Shown here one piece after another: positions 1-10,550 of a stretch of 64,000 nucleotides of DNA. Within the stretch, counting starts at the first letter, position 1, and each line of letters begins with the position of its first letter. The position numbers and the translations under genes were made by a program. The notes under the pieces were generated by a model. That model was given only the letters and a program-made list of their open reading frames with translations. It had not been told where the DNA came from and did not search any database. The stretch lies in NCBI GenBank assembly GCA_010093995.1, contig ML992502.1, positions 2,021,925 to 2,085,924 on the forward strand. Reading direction: 5' to 3'. This DNA comes from Elsinoe ampelina (taxonomy: Eukaryota).

Positions 1-419
1 TATCTTAGTTATATAGACACTATTAGTAGATACACTAGCTAATAGATTTACTAAATTATTGCTACCTAGGAGATATAAGGCCTTCTTATAATAGCTATCT
101 CTTAAGTTAGTAGTCTACTAACTAGCTATTATAGAGTTATAGCTATTTAGTAAAGGGGTGTGTTAACCGAGGTATAAGCTAGAGCGCTAAGAAGACCCTA
201 AGTTAGTTTATCCTAAGGTTAAACTAAATACTATCTTACTATTTTACTAATCTATAATTAAATTAGATAATTATTGTCTTAATCTGCTACTATTAAGGAG
301 TTCTTTTAATTTAGCTATCTTTTAGTACACCAGGTTAAGTATTTATGTAGTTATAATCTACCTTATTTTGGTGGTGTAGGCAGTAATCAATCCTTTTTCC
401 TCCCCCACACAAGTCAACA
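1..419 (+). mobile_element. 3' end of a RIP-degraded LTR retrotransposon (internal remnant, PPT and 3' LTR), truncated by the window start
   Basis: Very AT/TpA-rich sequence; purine tract AAAGGGG at ~152-158, then TGTTAAC at 161 and GTCAACA at 413-419 (inverted termini TGTTGAC/GTCAACA with one RIP-type G>A change). Confidence 0.65.
161..419 (+). repeat. Putative 259-bp 3' LTR, different family from the 142-bp LTRs downstream
   Basis: TG...CA ends with a 7-bp near-perfect inverted repeat, preceded by a PPT-like tract; the partner LTR is outside the window. Confidence 0.6.
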
Positions 420-761
420 CTTGATCCCAGTCACGTGGTAGCTGCGCCACAATTCCGTCCCTCGGAGTATTTCCGCGCCAGTGCATGGGATGCGGGGGGC
501 GGCAAACGTGGAGAAGCAATTGCCAGCACCAAAGGGACCATCTATCCTCTACAGTCCGAGCCAAGTGCGGAATCGAGGGAGGCTTTTCCAATGTAACCTT
601 TCCACTGAGAGATTCTTGTATATGTGAATCTTTCTTCGTCGAACAGGTAGCTCGCAAGCAGGGATAGGACATACTTCGTGGGTCGACACAGGCTGCATCT
701 CAGACTTGCAAAAAGATACCCTCGATAGACTTATGCACAACTGGAGGAGAAGGTCGATACC

Positions 762-2403
762 ATGATCGGATCTACAATCACTCTAATCACCACGCAGCTG
801 CTAGAGCATCCGCTCCGCTCAGCTTTCATATCCCTACTCCTCATTCCCCTGGGTTACATCCTTGCAAATGAGGTCGCTCGATCAAAAGCACGCATCCCCT
901 TCTTCAAGGGACCTCCTGGCATGCCCCTGGTAGGCAACATTCCGGACATCAAGTACAATGCAGCAGAGACCTACCGCCTATGGTCGAAAACGTACGGGCC
1001 TGTCTACCAGATTCAGCTCGGCAATATCCCAGTAATTGTCGTCAACTCTGCAAAATCAGCAAAGGACATCTTTGGCGGCTTCTCTCAAGCTTTGTCCTCA
1101 CGACCTGTCTTTTATACGTTCCACAAAGTCCTCAGTAATACTGCTGGTACCACGATTGGTACATCGCCATTCTCGGACAGCTTAAAGCGGCGAAGGAAGG
1201 GTGCCGCTTCGGCTCTGAACAAGCCGAGCGTGCAGTCTTATCTCGACCACCTTGACATCGAGTCTCTCTCTTTCGTCAAGGAAGGGCTTGAATATGGCGA
1301 GGGTGGCAAGAAGGGCGTTGATCCAATGCCCATGATCCAGCGTCTCTCCCTCTCGCTGGCGTTAACCCTGAATTGGGGTACCAGAATGGGAAGCAGAGAT
1401 GACCATCTCTTTCATGAAATCACCGAAGTTGAAGAAGAGATCAGCAAGTTCCGTTCCACTACTGGCAACCTTCAAGATTATATTCCCCTGCTTCGTCTCA
1501 ACCCTTTCTCCGTCGGCAGCAAGCGTGCAAAGGAAATGCGAGACCGTCGTGATATCTATCTCACGAAACTCAACAGCGACCTCGACGAGAGAATGAAGAA
1601 TGGCACCGACAAGCCTTGCATCCAGGCCAACATCATCAGGGATGAGGAGGCAAAGTTGAACAAAGAAGAACTTACAAGTATCAGTTTGACCATGCTGAGT
1701 GGCGGTCTCGATACTATCACCACTCTCGTCGCATGGAGTGTCGCCCTGCTCGCCCAGAGAAAGGACGTGCAGGACAAGGCTATTTCCGAGATCCGCAAGA
1801 TGTATCCCGAGACTCAGCCTCTATGTGATGTCGAGGATGACATGAAGTGCGAGTATGTCATGGCTCTGGTCAAGGAATGTCTCCGGTAAGTGATCCTACG
1901 ATCGACCAAGCTGATCAGGAACTGACTCTGCCAGCTTCTACACCGTCCTCCGCCTCGCACTCCCGCGTGCCACAGTCAAGGACATTACCTACGAAGGCAA
2001 GCTCATCCCAGCCGGCACCACCATCTACCTCAACGCATGGGCATGCAACATGGATCCGGATGTCTGGTCGAATCCCAAGTCTCCCCCAGAGATCTTCAAG
2101 CCAGAGCGATGGCTCGAGCAGCCTGACGCCCCCCTATTTACTTATGGTCTGGGCTACAGAATGTGCGCCGGATCATTGCTTGCAAACAGGGAATTGTACC
2201 TGGTATTCATCCGCATGTTGGCCTGCTTTGAGATTGAGAAGGCGACCGAAGTTGAGGTGGACCCCGTCAAGGGTAGTGCAGATCCGACCAGCTTGGTGAC
2301 TATCCCTGAGCGGTATGAAGTGAAATTCAAGCCGAGGAATGAGAAGATCCTTAAACAGGAATTGGCGAAGAGGGAGAAAGATCTCGTGGCAGCAGATAGC
2401 TAG
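762..2403 (+). CDS. phacB: Cytochrome P450, CYP504 family (3-hydroxyphenylacetate 6-hydroxylase/PhacB-like); 2 exons
   Basis: N-terminal TM anchor; SRPVFYTFHKVLSNTAGTTIGTSPFSDSLKRRRKGAASALN segment typical of CYP504B; I-helix GGLDT, ECLR, PERW and heme motif FTYGLGYRMCAG; intron 1886-1934 (GTAAGT...CTGAC...CAG). Confidence 0.88.
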
Positions 2404-2601
2404 ATATCCATCCGAACGGTAGTCGATTGCCAGACAACCTTCATGGTCAGGCCAATGTGCTTCCCCCTCACCAAATGGTTATCTTCTCTCATCAATCAAG
2501 ATGATGCTCTTCCCATCGACTACGAATGTAGATACCAGACAGTAAAAACTAAGGTATCACTATTGCGGCGACCTCAAAATTTCCTTCCCCCCGCACCTCA
2601 C

Positions 2602-2743
2602 TGTTGTAATGGAAGGCTGGTACAGCTTCTCTGGTACTGAAGAACTGGTACTGATAAGTCAGCGCACGCACAGTAGATAAATCGGTTATTGTAACTCTCT
2701 GAATAAAACACACGTCTCTCGATCCGATTTGCTAGTTATAACA
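2602..2743 (+). repeat. 5' LTR (142 bp)
   Basis: TGTTGTAA...TTATAACA; differs from the 3' LTR at 6 positions. Confidence 0.97.
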
Positions 2744-2766
2744 GGTTATAAGCCCGGCGCTTCTAC
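2744..2766 (+). promoter_or_regulatory. Primer-binding site complementary to the 5' half (anticodon arm) of tRNA-iMet
   Basis: GGTTATAAGCCC directly after the LTR is RIP-mutated GGTTATGAGCCC, followed by GGCGCTTCTAC (about CGCTTCCAC). Confidence 0.85.
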
Positions 2767-2967
2767 AAAAGCACTTAAAGCTATAGCAAATTAAGCGTGT
2801 CATTATTAAAAGGATTACTAAGCCGCCTACACTAAATTCTAGACTAGCTATATTAAGATAAACACTTATAGTAGCCCGCATTAACCCTTTAATTAAACGG
2901 TTTAAACGGCTTAAACAAGCTAATTACATTAATTAAATTAATAGGCCTTTAGCTAATTACTATTATT

Positions 2968-5900
2968 ATGTCTAGATTAGCAAAAATGCTCGAGACTTAG
3001 ATTCTTAAGAGAGGAAGTAACTACAATACTTAGAGATTAACCCTTAAGGTAGCCCTCCTTAAAAAGGATATACTTAGATATACAATTTATAACATCAACT
3101 AGATACTAGCAGTTATAAAGCCTAAAGAACTAGCCCTAGATACTAGTAAAGGCACTAAGGCAATCTATAAGGTTAGGAATAAGACCTAGTACAAGAATAA
3201 TAGAATTACTTATAGTATTATTATAATAAGGATTTATAAATCTATTAGACCTTACTATAGTATAACTTAGAAGACTTTAAAGGAACTTCTAGACACTATT
3301 AAAGCTACATTTAAACCTATTATTTCATATAAGCTGTATATAGCTATCTATAACCTTAATAAGGTAATTATAACAAGTTATAACACCTAAAGGTACTATA
3401 AAGATTTTATAAAGTACTATTATTAATACACTATTACTATAGAGCAAAAAGTAAGCACTATTAGTGCTAAACTAGATAAGTTTAGGCTCCCTCTATACTA
3501 TATTAAGACTATGTTTATTATAGGAATAAAGACTACTAAATAGTTAAGGAGCTAGAGATCTAGCCTTAACTACAAGAAGAGTCTTAAAGAGATAATAGGC
3601 TCTCTTAGAATATAGAAGCCCCTATATAATAGAAGAACTAATCTAAACCCTATTTATAGAGTAGCTAGTTATGTTAAGGATTAATATACTTAGTACACTT
3701 ATTATGTCTACTCTAATGTAGATTGCTTTAAGTAGTACCCTAAGAAAGCACTAAAGAGTTAGAGCAAAAGGAATAATAAAGACAAGTTAAATAACAAAGG
3801 CATAAAGGCTAAAGGCAAAGGTAATAAGTTAAAGACTAAGAAAGTTAGAGGTTAAGTAGCTATTAAAGAATCTAGAGAACCTACTAAGGTAGGTAAATTA
3901 GATAAACGCTCTAATACTAATATTAATATTATTATACTAGTCTATAGGGTAGTAGTAGTGTCTATATTATTATTCTTAACCTATAGCAAGAATAGAGTAA
4001 TCTATAACTCTAGTGTATTAAGGCACTTTATTAAAGACAGGTTATAGTTCTTAACAATTAAGGTATATAAAGGTATTCTTAAATTTAAATAAGCTATTAG
4101 CATAAAGAAGCTACTTAATATAGAAGTTGGCATAGTTAGGCTTACCCTAACTAATAGCAAAGGTAAGAAGTCAATTATTAAGCTTTATAATTGTATATAC
4201 TTACTATTATTACTAAACACTCTTATATCTAATCTTTAGAATAAAGAGGAACTTAGTATCTCTATAGTTAGTAAATCCTTAATAAAGGATAGAAAGGAAA
4301 TTAGCCTTATTAAACACTTTAAAAGAGTTAAATAGCTTAAGAACTTTAAAGTATATAAGCCTTAGGACTATAAGGAATTACCTACAAGGCTAAAACTATA
4401 GAAGCTATAGGCTATAAGAGCAAATCTAGCTATTACAACTACTTAAAAGCTAACATTAGAAAGATAGCACTAGAGGTTAGGCTATGTTAGTAACACTATT
4501 CTCTCCCTTACTAAAAGTTAAGCTATTAGATTAGAAGAACTTTAAACATTAGATCTTAGCTACTATAAACTATATACTATATTAAAGGCATAGAGAGTAG
4601 TATTAAGGGAACTAAGAGATATACTAAAATACTTACTAGATAAGCTCTATCTAGACCTTGTTAGTCCTATTAAACTATAGTTAAGTAAGGGCTATAAATA
4701 TCTTCTCCTTGTAACATGTAGTAAAAGTAAGTATAAGTTTATTACTATTCTCTTCCTTAAGAGTAATATACTAGCAGTAATTAAACTTATCTATATAAGG
4801 AACAAAATAGCCTATAATAAGCTTTTATTTATCTTTATCTCTAATAGAGGAAGTAAATTTAGGAACTATAAACTAGNNNNNNNNNNNNNNNNNNNNNNNN
4901 NNNNNNNNNNNNNNNNNNNNNNNNNNNNNNNNNNNNNNNNNNNNNNNNNNNNNNNNNNNNNNNNNNNNNNNNNNNNNNNNNNNNNNNNNNNNNNNNNNNN
5001 NNNNNNNNNNNNNNNNNNNNNNNNNNNNNNNNNNNNNNNNNNNNNNNNNNNNNNNNNNNNNNNNNNNNNNNNNNNNNNNNNNNNNNNNNNNNNNNNNNNN
5101 NNNNNNNNNNNNNNNNNNNNNNNNNNNNNNNNNNNNNNNNNNNNNNNNNNNNNNNNNNNNNNNNNNNNNNNNNNNNNNNNNNNNNNNNNNNNNNNNNNNN
5201 NNNNNNNNNNNNNNNNNNNNNNNNNNNNNNNNNNNNNNNNNNNNNNNNNNNNNNNNNNNNNNNNNNNNNNNNNNNNNNNNNNNNNNNNNNNNNNNNNNNN
5301 NNNNNNNNNNNNNNNNNNNNNNNNNNNNNNNNNNNNNNNNNNNNNNNNNNNNNNNNNNNNNNNNNNNNNNNNNNNNNNNNNNNNNNNNNNNNNNNNNNNN
5401 NNNNNNNNNNNNNNNNNNNNNNNNNNNNNNNNNNNNNNNNNNNNNNNNNNNNNNNNNNNNNNNNNNNNNNNNNNNNNNNNNNNNNNNNNNNNNNNNNNNN
5501 NNNNNNNNNNNNNNNNNNNNNNNNNNNNNNNNNNNNNNNNNNNNNNNNNNNNNNNNNNNNNNNNNNNNNNNNNNNNNNNNNNNNNNNNNNTAACTAACTA
5601 CCCTTTAGTTATAAGAATCTATAAACTACTTAGGCTAAACAACCTTAAGTTAAACAACTAACATCTAACTACCCTTCTATCCCTAAATATAAATAACAAT
5701 TATCTACCTCTATTAAAGAATAGAAGAAGTAATACTAACATCCTAAACTAGATCCTTAACCTGTTAATAAATAGTAGAAGTAACTTAATATTACTAATTA
5801 TAAAGGTAAAGACCTTATAATACTACTACCTAAAGTTATTAGTGAACTATATTTAACCTTTAATTCTATAGTTAATGTTAATTAACTACTAATATATATA

Positions 5901-7601
5901 TAGAATAAGGATGTTAACTTCCTTATTACACTATTTAATATATAACCTCTAACTAGTAAAAGGAAGAGATCTCTCTTACTATAAGAAACTATTAGAAGGT
6001 CCCTTAGAACATATTACTAGATTAATTATAAGAAACTTAACAATGGCAAGATTATTAGATCTATAGCTATTAATTTTAAGCTAGACCTATAAATAGTAAG
6101 AGATACACTATTCTCTCCTAAAGGTTATTACTAGTAAGCTATAATAGAGGCAGAGTAGAAGGCTCTAATTAACTCTAAAACCTTTTTAATTATTAAGAAA
6201 TCTTAGGCACTAAGAGGTGTTAGGCTAATAATAGGCAAATAGGTCTTTAAGACTAAGAGGCTTACTAATAGCAAAGTTAAAAGATATAAGGCTCGTTAGA
6301 CTATAAGAGGCTTTACTTAAAGAGTAGGTATTAACTTTGTTAGAACCTTTATACTAATACTAAGAGCTAAAACTAGGAGAGTAATCCTTATATATGCTCT
6401 TTATTATAACTAGGTTATTATAATAGTAGATATAGTTACTACATTCCTTAGACTAGATATTAATATTAAGAACTATATCTCCTACCTAGAAGGCGTACTA
6501 ATTCCTAGTAAATAGGACAAGCTTATTGTTCTTATAAAGGGCTTATATAGGCTTAAGTAAGCTACTACCCTCTAGTATAACGCTATAGTTAAGGCACTTC
6601 TATTACTTAGTTTTATTAGATCCTATAGTAATGCCTATCTCTTTATTAATAAGTATTATATAGTTCTTATATATGTTAATAACTTTAGGATTATTGCTAC
6701 TAGGTAGAAGCATATAGATAAGCTAGTTAAAGATCTTTATCTTAAGTTTCTAATAAAGATTATAAACTTAAACCTCTTCCTTAGTGTTTAACTTTATAGA
6801 ACTAAGAACTTAATTAAAATTAAGCAATTACACTACTTAAAGGAGAAGCTTAAAGGTTATAATCTTTACTAAGTAAGAACTATAAAGCATTCTATTAATT
6901 AACTCTATAAACTAACTAATAGCTAAGTTAATACTTAGTACTATAAGACATTTAATAGAATTATTAGTAAATTGCAATATCTAGCTAATAACATAAGGCC
7001 TAATATTAGCTATACTACTAATTACCTAGCTAGGTTCCTTTAGAATCTAACTATAGCTTATATAGTTATAGCTAAGCAGATCTAGAGGTATATTAATAGG
7101 ACTATTATAAAGGGCCTTATCTTTAAGAAGACTAATAGACTATTAGTTAACATAATTAAGGCCTACTCTAACTTAGACTTTGCTAGAGATAGATTAACTA
7201 TAAGATCTATATCTAGTACTATCATTTACATACTTAGTACACTAGTTATTTAGAAGTTAAGGCTATAGAAGATTATTATATTATTAAGCACTAAGGCTAA
7301 ATACCTTACCCTTACTAAGACCTATAGAGAGATTAATTAGTTAAGAAATCTCATTATTAAACTTAGGCTACTTACTAATATTTACCTTAGCCTAACTATA
7401 GTCTTTATTAATAATAAGTTAGCTATTAAACTTGCAAGAGATTATACTAATTTAAGGAGATCTAAGTATATTAATTTAAAGAATTATTACTATAAAGAGC
7501 AGTATAAACTTAGAGTAATTAAGCTTAAGTATATTAATATAACTTAGTAATTAGCTAATACACTTATAAAGCCTAAGTCTCCTAATAAGATCCTTAATTA
7601 A
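2968..7601 (+). pseudogene. Copia gag-pol pseudogene (RIP-riddled)
   Basis: Motifs after mentally reversing RIP: CX2CX4HX4C knuckle ~3685-3726; protease (D)SG(A)SRH ~4005; WHQRLGH ~4465-4485; integrase LHLDLVGP ~4646; RT KWVFKTK/YKARW ~6237-6300, GLYGLKQ ~6540, YVDD ~6672-6683; RNase H YSDSDFAGD ~7164, SSTEAEY ~7285, ADALTKP ~7554. Start is approximate. Confidence 0.93.
4877..5590. other. Assembly gap (714 N) inside the integrase region
   Basis: Run of N. Confidence 1.
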
Positions 7602-7868
7602 TTAGCAAAGGCTAATTACTTAGTATATATCTATACTATATACTTATTTAGATTTTATATATATTGTTATTTTAAGTATATTATTTATACTACTACTACT
7701 TATTAAGCTATCTTATTTGTCTAAAGCTTAAAGTAAATTATTTTATTATTAAGAAGAGAGAAAGAAAAAGCTATTATAACCCTATTACTAGCTACTTATA
7801 CCTAAGCTATATCTACTACTTAGTACTATTATTACCTTTAATAACCCCTACCTATCCCCTACCTCTAA

Positions 7869-9022
7869 TTACTTCTTTATAGAAGGAGAACCCCTTCCCT
7901 TATTACTACTAGTAGACCTTATAGAAGTGTTAGATCTAGACCTACTATGCCTTATTAGTACTAGGCCTAGTATAAAGACATAAATAAGAGAAAGCTAACT
8001 AAAGTAGCTAGTAGCTATAATCCTTATAAGCTCTACTATATAGTTTATTACTATAGTAGCTAAGTTATAAACCTTAGTAGTAGTTAAGTTAGTAAGATCT
8101 ACAAAGTTTATAGGGACTACTATAAAGTAGCAAGAGTTAGTATAAGTTATTAAGGTGTTAACTATACCTAATAATGCCCCTAGTATATAGGCCCTTAGTA
8201 AGAACCTCTAAGGCAAAGTACTACTAAAAGAGATAGACCTTAGGAGCTCTATTAGTAGGTATATTAGGCTATATAGAATAGGTTAGGTAATGACCCTTAA
8301 GCTACTCGAGGTCCTTATAGGTTTAGGAGAGCTAATAGGCCTTAGAGTTAGAGTATAGTTAGCTAAGGAACATCTAGTATATTAGTTGCTATAAGTATAG
8401 CAAGTGTAGGCCTTATTAAGCTAACTAGGCAAAGTAATATACTTACTAAACTTACTACCCTTACCCTTGCTCTAATTATTACTAGGGTTAGATCCCTAAC
8501 ACTTAGTGTAGCAATTAGTACTATAGTAGACTACTCTGCTAGTAGCACTAGAAGCTATTAAAGCAGTAGAGTAGTTAGTAGATCTAGTAAGGTTAACTTG
8601 CTTAGTTAGATCCTTAACTAGAATAGAATTAGTAACTACTAGGTGTATACTATAGGTACTAAAGGCCTAGACTGCTATAGACCTCTAGATAGGATATAAG
8701 TTAGCATAGTTATAATAACTAATTATTCTAAGCCTAAGGAGAGCATTCTAGATTATGTCGGCTAACTATTAAGTCAAAGTCTAAGTTAATTAGGCTATTA
8801 ATGTTAGCTTATGCTATTAATGCTTTATAGCTACTTACTAAGAGTATTAAGACAAGTAATTAGTCTTATAGTAGTATTATAATTAACATTAGAAGTACTA
8901 GGTAACCTTAATAGAGAATTTCTCTTCTTACTACTACCTCCGCTACCTAGTAGACTACTTAGAGCACTAGTACTAGTAGCAATGCTACTAATACCTAGCT
9001 ATTGCTACACTATAGCACTTAT
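7869..9022 (-). pseudogene. Antisense accessory gene inside the copia element: RIP-mutated, ~358 codons, six-Cys DUF3716-like motif, putative intron 8762-8838
   Basis: One minus-strand frame interrupted only by TAG/TAA codons explicable by RIP. Segment 8513-8367 reads C-Y-T-K-C-*-G...G-K-G-S-K-F-S-K-Y-I-T-L-P-S-*-L-N-K-A-Y-T-C-Y-T-Y-S-N-*-Y-T-R-C-S, which gives C-x2-C-x19-C-x10-C-x2-C-x8-C after TAY>TGY. GTAAGT donor at 8838. Confidence 0.7.
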
Positions 9023-9372
9023 ATTATAAGTGTTATTAATATAGTATAGTAAGAAAGTAAAAGTGTTATGTAAAAGAAAAGGCTACTACTATAAGTATAA
9101 TAAAGAAAAGAGAAATTATAAAGAGGCTAGTTAGATACTTATATCTCTTTAATTAAGACTTATAAGCTAGTCTATTTACATGAACAATAGCTGCCTAGCT
9201 ATTGTTAATAGTTACTATTGTTGCTAGCAATTATAAGCTAAACTAATAGTAAATTCTCACTAATGATTAGCTAACACTAACAATTATAAGTAATTATAAA
9301 GAGATAAAGTGATAAGCTAATTACTTTACTTACATGTGACAGGACAGTTCTCTAGCTTTAGTAATCTATACT

Positions 9373-9382
9373 AGAGGGGGAG
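9373..9382 (+). promoter_or_regulatory. Polypurine tract (plus-strand priming site)
   Basis: AGAGGGGGAG immediately before the 3' LTR. Confidence 0.9.
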
Positions 9383-9524
9383 TGTTGTAATAGAAGGCTG
9401 GTACAGCTTCTCTGGTACTAAAGAACTGGTACTGATGAGTCAGCGCACGCATAGTAGATAAATCGGTTATTGTAACTCTCTGAATGAAACACACGTCTCT
9501 CGATCCGATTTGCTAGTTACAACA
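9383..9524 (+). repeat. 3' LTR (142 bp)
   Basis: TGTTGTAA...TTACAACA perfect 8-bp inverted termini, followed by TSD CTCAC. Confidence 0.97.
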
Positions 9525-9643
9525 CTCACCACAGCTCCATCTCTTCACACATCCACCTCACACCTCACCAACACAACCAACAATGCGCCTCCCACCCGCC
9601 ATCATCTCCCACCACGCAATACACCCCCATCAATAACCCCACA

Positions 9644-10303
9644 ATGGTCCGCATTAAACACCGCTACCTCCTGCTCCAGCTCCTCTACCCTTCTGCGCCC
9701 TCCTCCTCCTCCTCCTCCTCCTCTCCCCCCTCCTCCGACCCCCACCAATTCACACTCCACCTCTACGCCCCAACCCCGGACACGCTCACCCCCGCCCTCC
9801 TCGCCCGCCTCATCCGCGACCAAGTCTCCCTCCTCTTCGGGGACCACGGCGCCGGCCTCGTCGCTTCGGGCTTGAAAGTCATGTACCTCTCTGCGCCGAC
9901 GAGTACGGCGATTGTGCGTGTGGGACGGGCGCAGTTTAGGTTGGTGTGGGCTGCTTTGACGATGGTGAGGAGATTGCCCGGGACAGGGGTTGGAGGGGAG
10001 GGGGCTAGGGGAGGGAGGGGGAGGGGGTATGCTGGGCAGAAGGGAGAAGGGGGGCGGGAGGATGGGAGGGAGGTGGTGGTCAGGGTTGTGAGGGTTAGTG
10101 GGACGGTGAGGAAGTGTGAGGAGGAGGTTATCAGGAGGGGGACGGAGGTTGTGAGGAGGGCGAAGAGGGAGGGGAAGGAAGGGGGGTTGGGAGGGTGGGG
10201 GGAGGAGAGGGTGGAAGGCGAAGGGAGGGGGAGGGGGGGAATTGTGGACGATGAGGAGGATGGGGATGAGGATGAGGATGAGGATATGGGGCTGGATTAT
10301 TGA
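9644..10303 (+). CDS. POP5: RNase P/MRP subunit Pop5 (Rpp14/Pop5 family)
   Basis: MVRIKHRYLL N-terminus; LFGDHGAG, VMYLSAPTSTAIVR, VWAALT and VVRVSGTVRKCEEE motifs. Confidence 0.92.
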   Translation: MVRIKHRYLLLQLLYPSAPSSSSSSSSPPSSDPHQFTLHLYAPTPDTLTPALLARLIRDQVSLLFGDHGAGLVASGLKVMYLSAPTSTAIVRVGRAQFRLVWAALTMVRRLPGTGVGGEGARGGRGRGYAGQKGEGGREDGREVVVRVVRVSGTVRKCEEEVIRRGTEVVRRAKREGKEGGLGGWGEERVEGEGRGRGGIVDDEEDGDEDEDEDMGLDY

Positions 10304-10550
10304 GGTTCGAAGGCAGAAAAGGGTGACAGTACGAGAGAAAACAAGGCATAAGGGACGATCAGGATGAGGTTGTAGAGGTGCATTACAGAGGACTTGGAAA
10401 AGCCTGCATGGTCGGCGTATGGGATTTGTATTCGAGATACCCAGTCTGCGATGAGCAGATACGCGCAAGAAATGCGCGAAGCATGAATTCCTTCCTCCAA
10501 CTCCTCGCTGAAAATTACACCAAGCGCGGCCATGATTGACCATCCATATC

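Larger units (their letters stand above)
2602..9524 (+). mobile_element. Full-length Ty1/copia LTR retrotransposon, RIP-inactivated
   Basis: Two 142-bp LTRs, 5-bp TSD CTCAC (2597-2601 and 9525-9529), PBS, PPT, and domain order gag-PR-IN-RT-RNaseH. Confidence 0.97.

Noticed and set aside
4877..5590. Possible nested insertion hidden in the N gap
   Set aside because: Unobservable; the gap size is compatible with the missing integrase remainder and linker.
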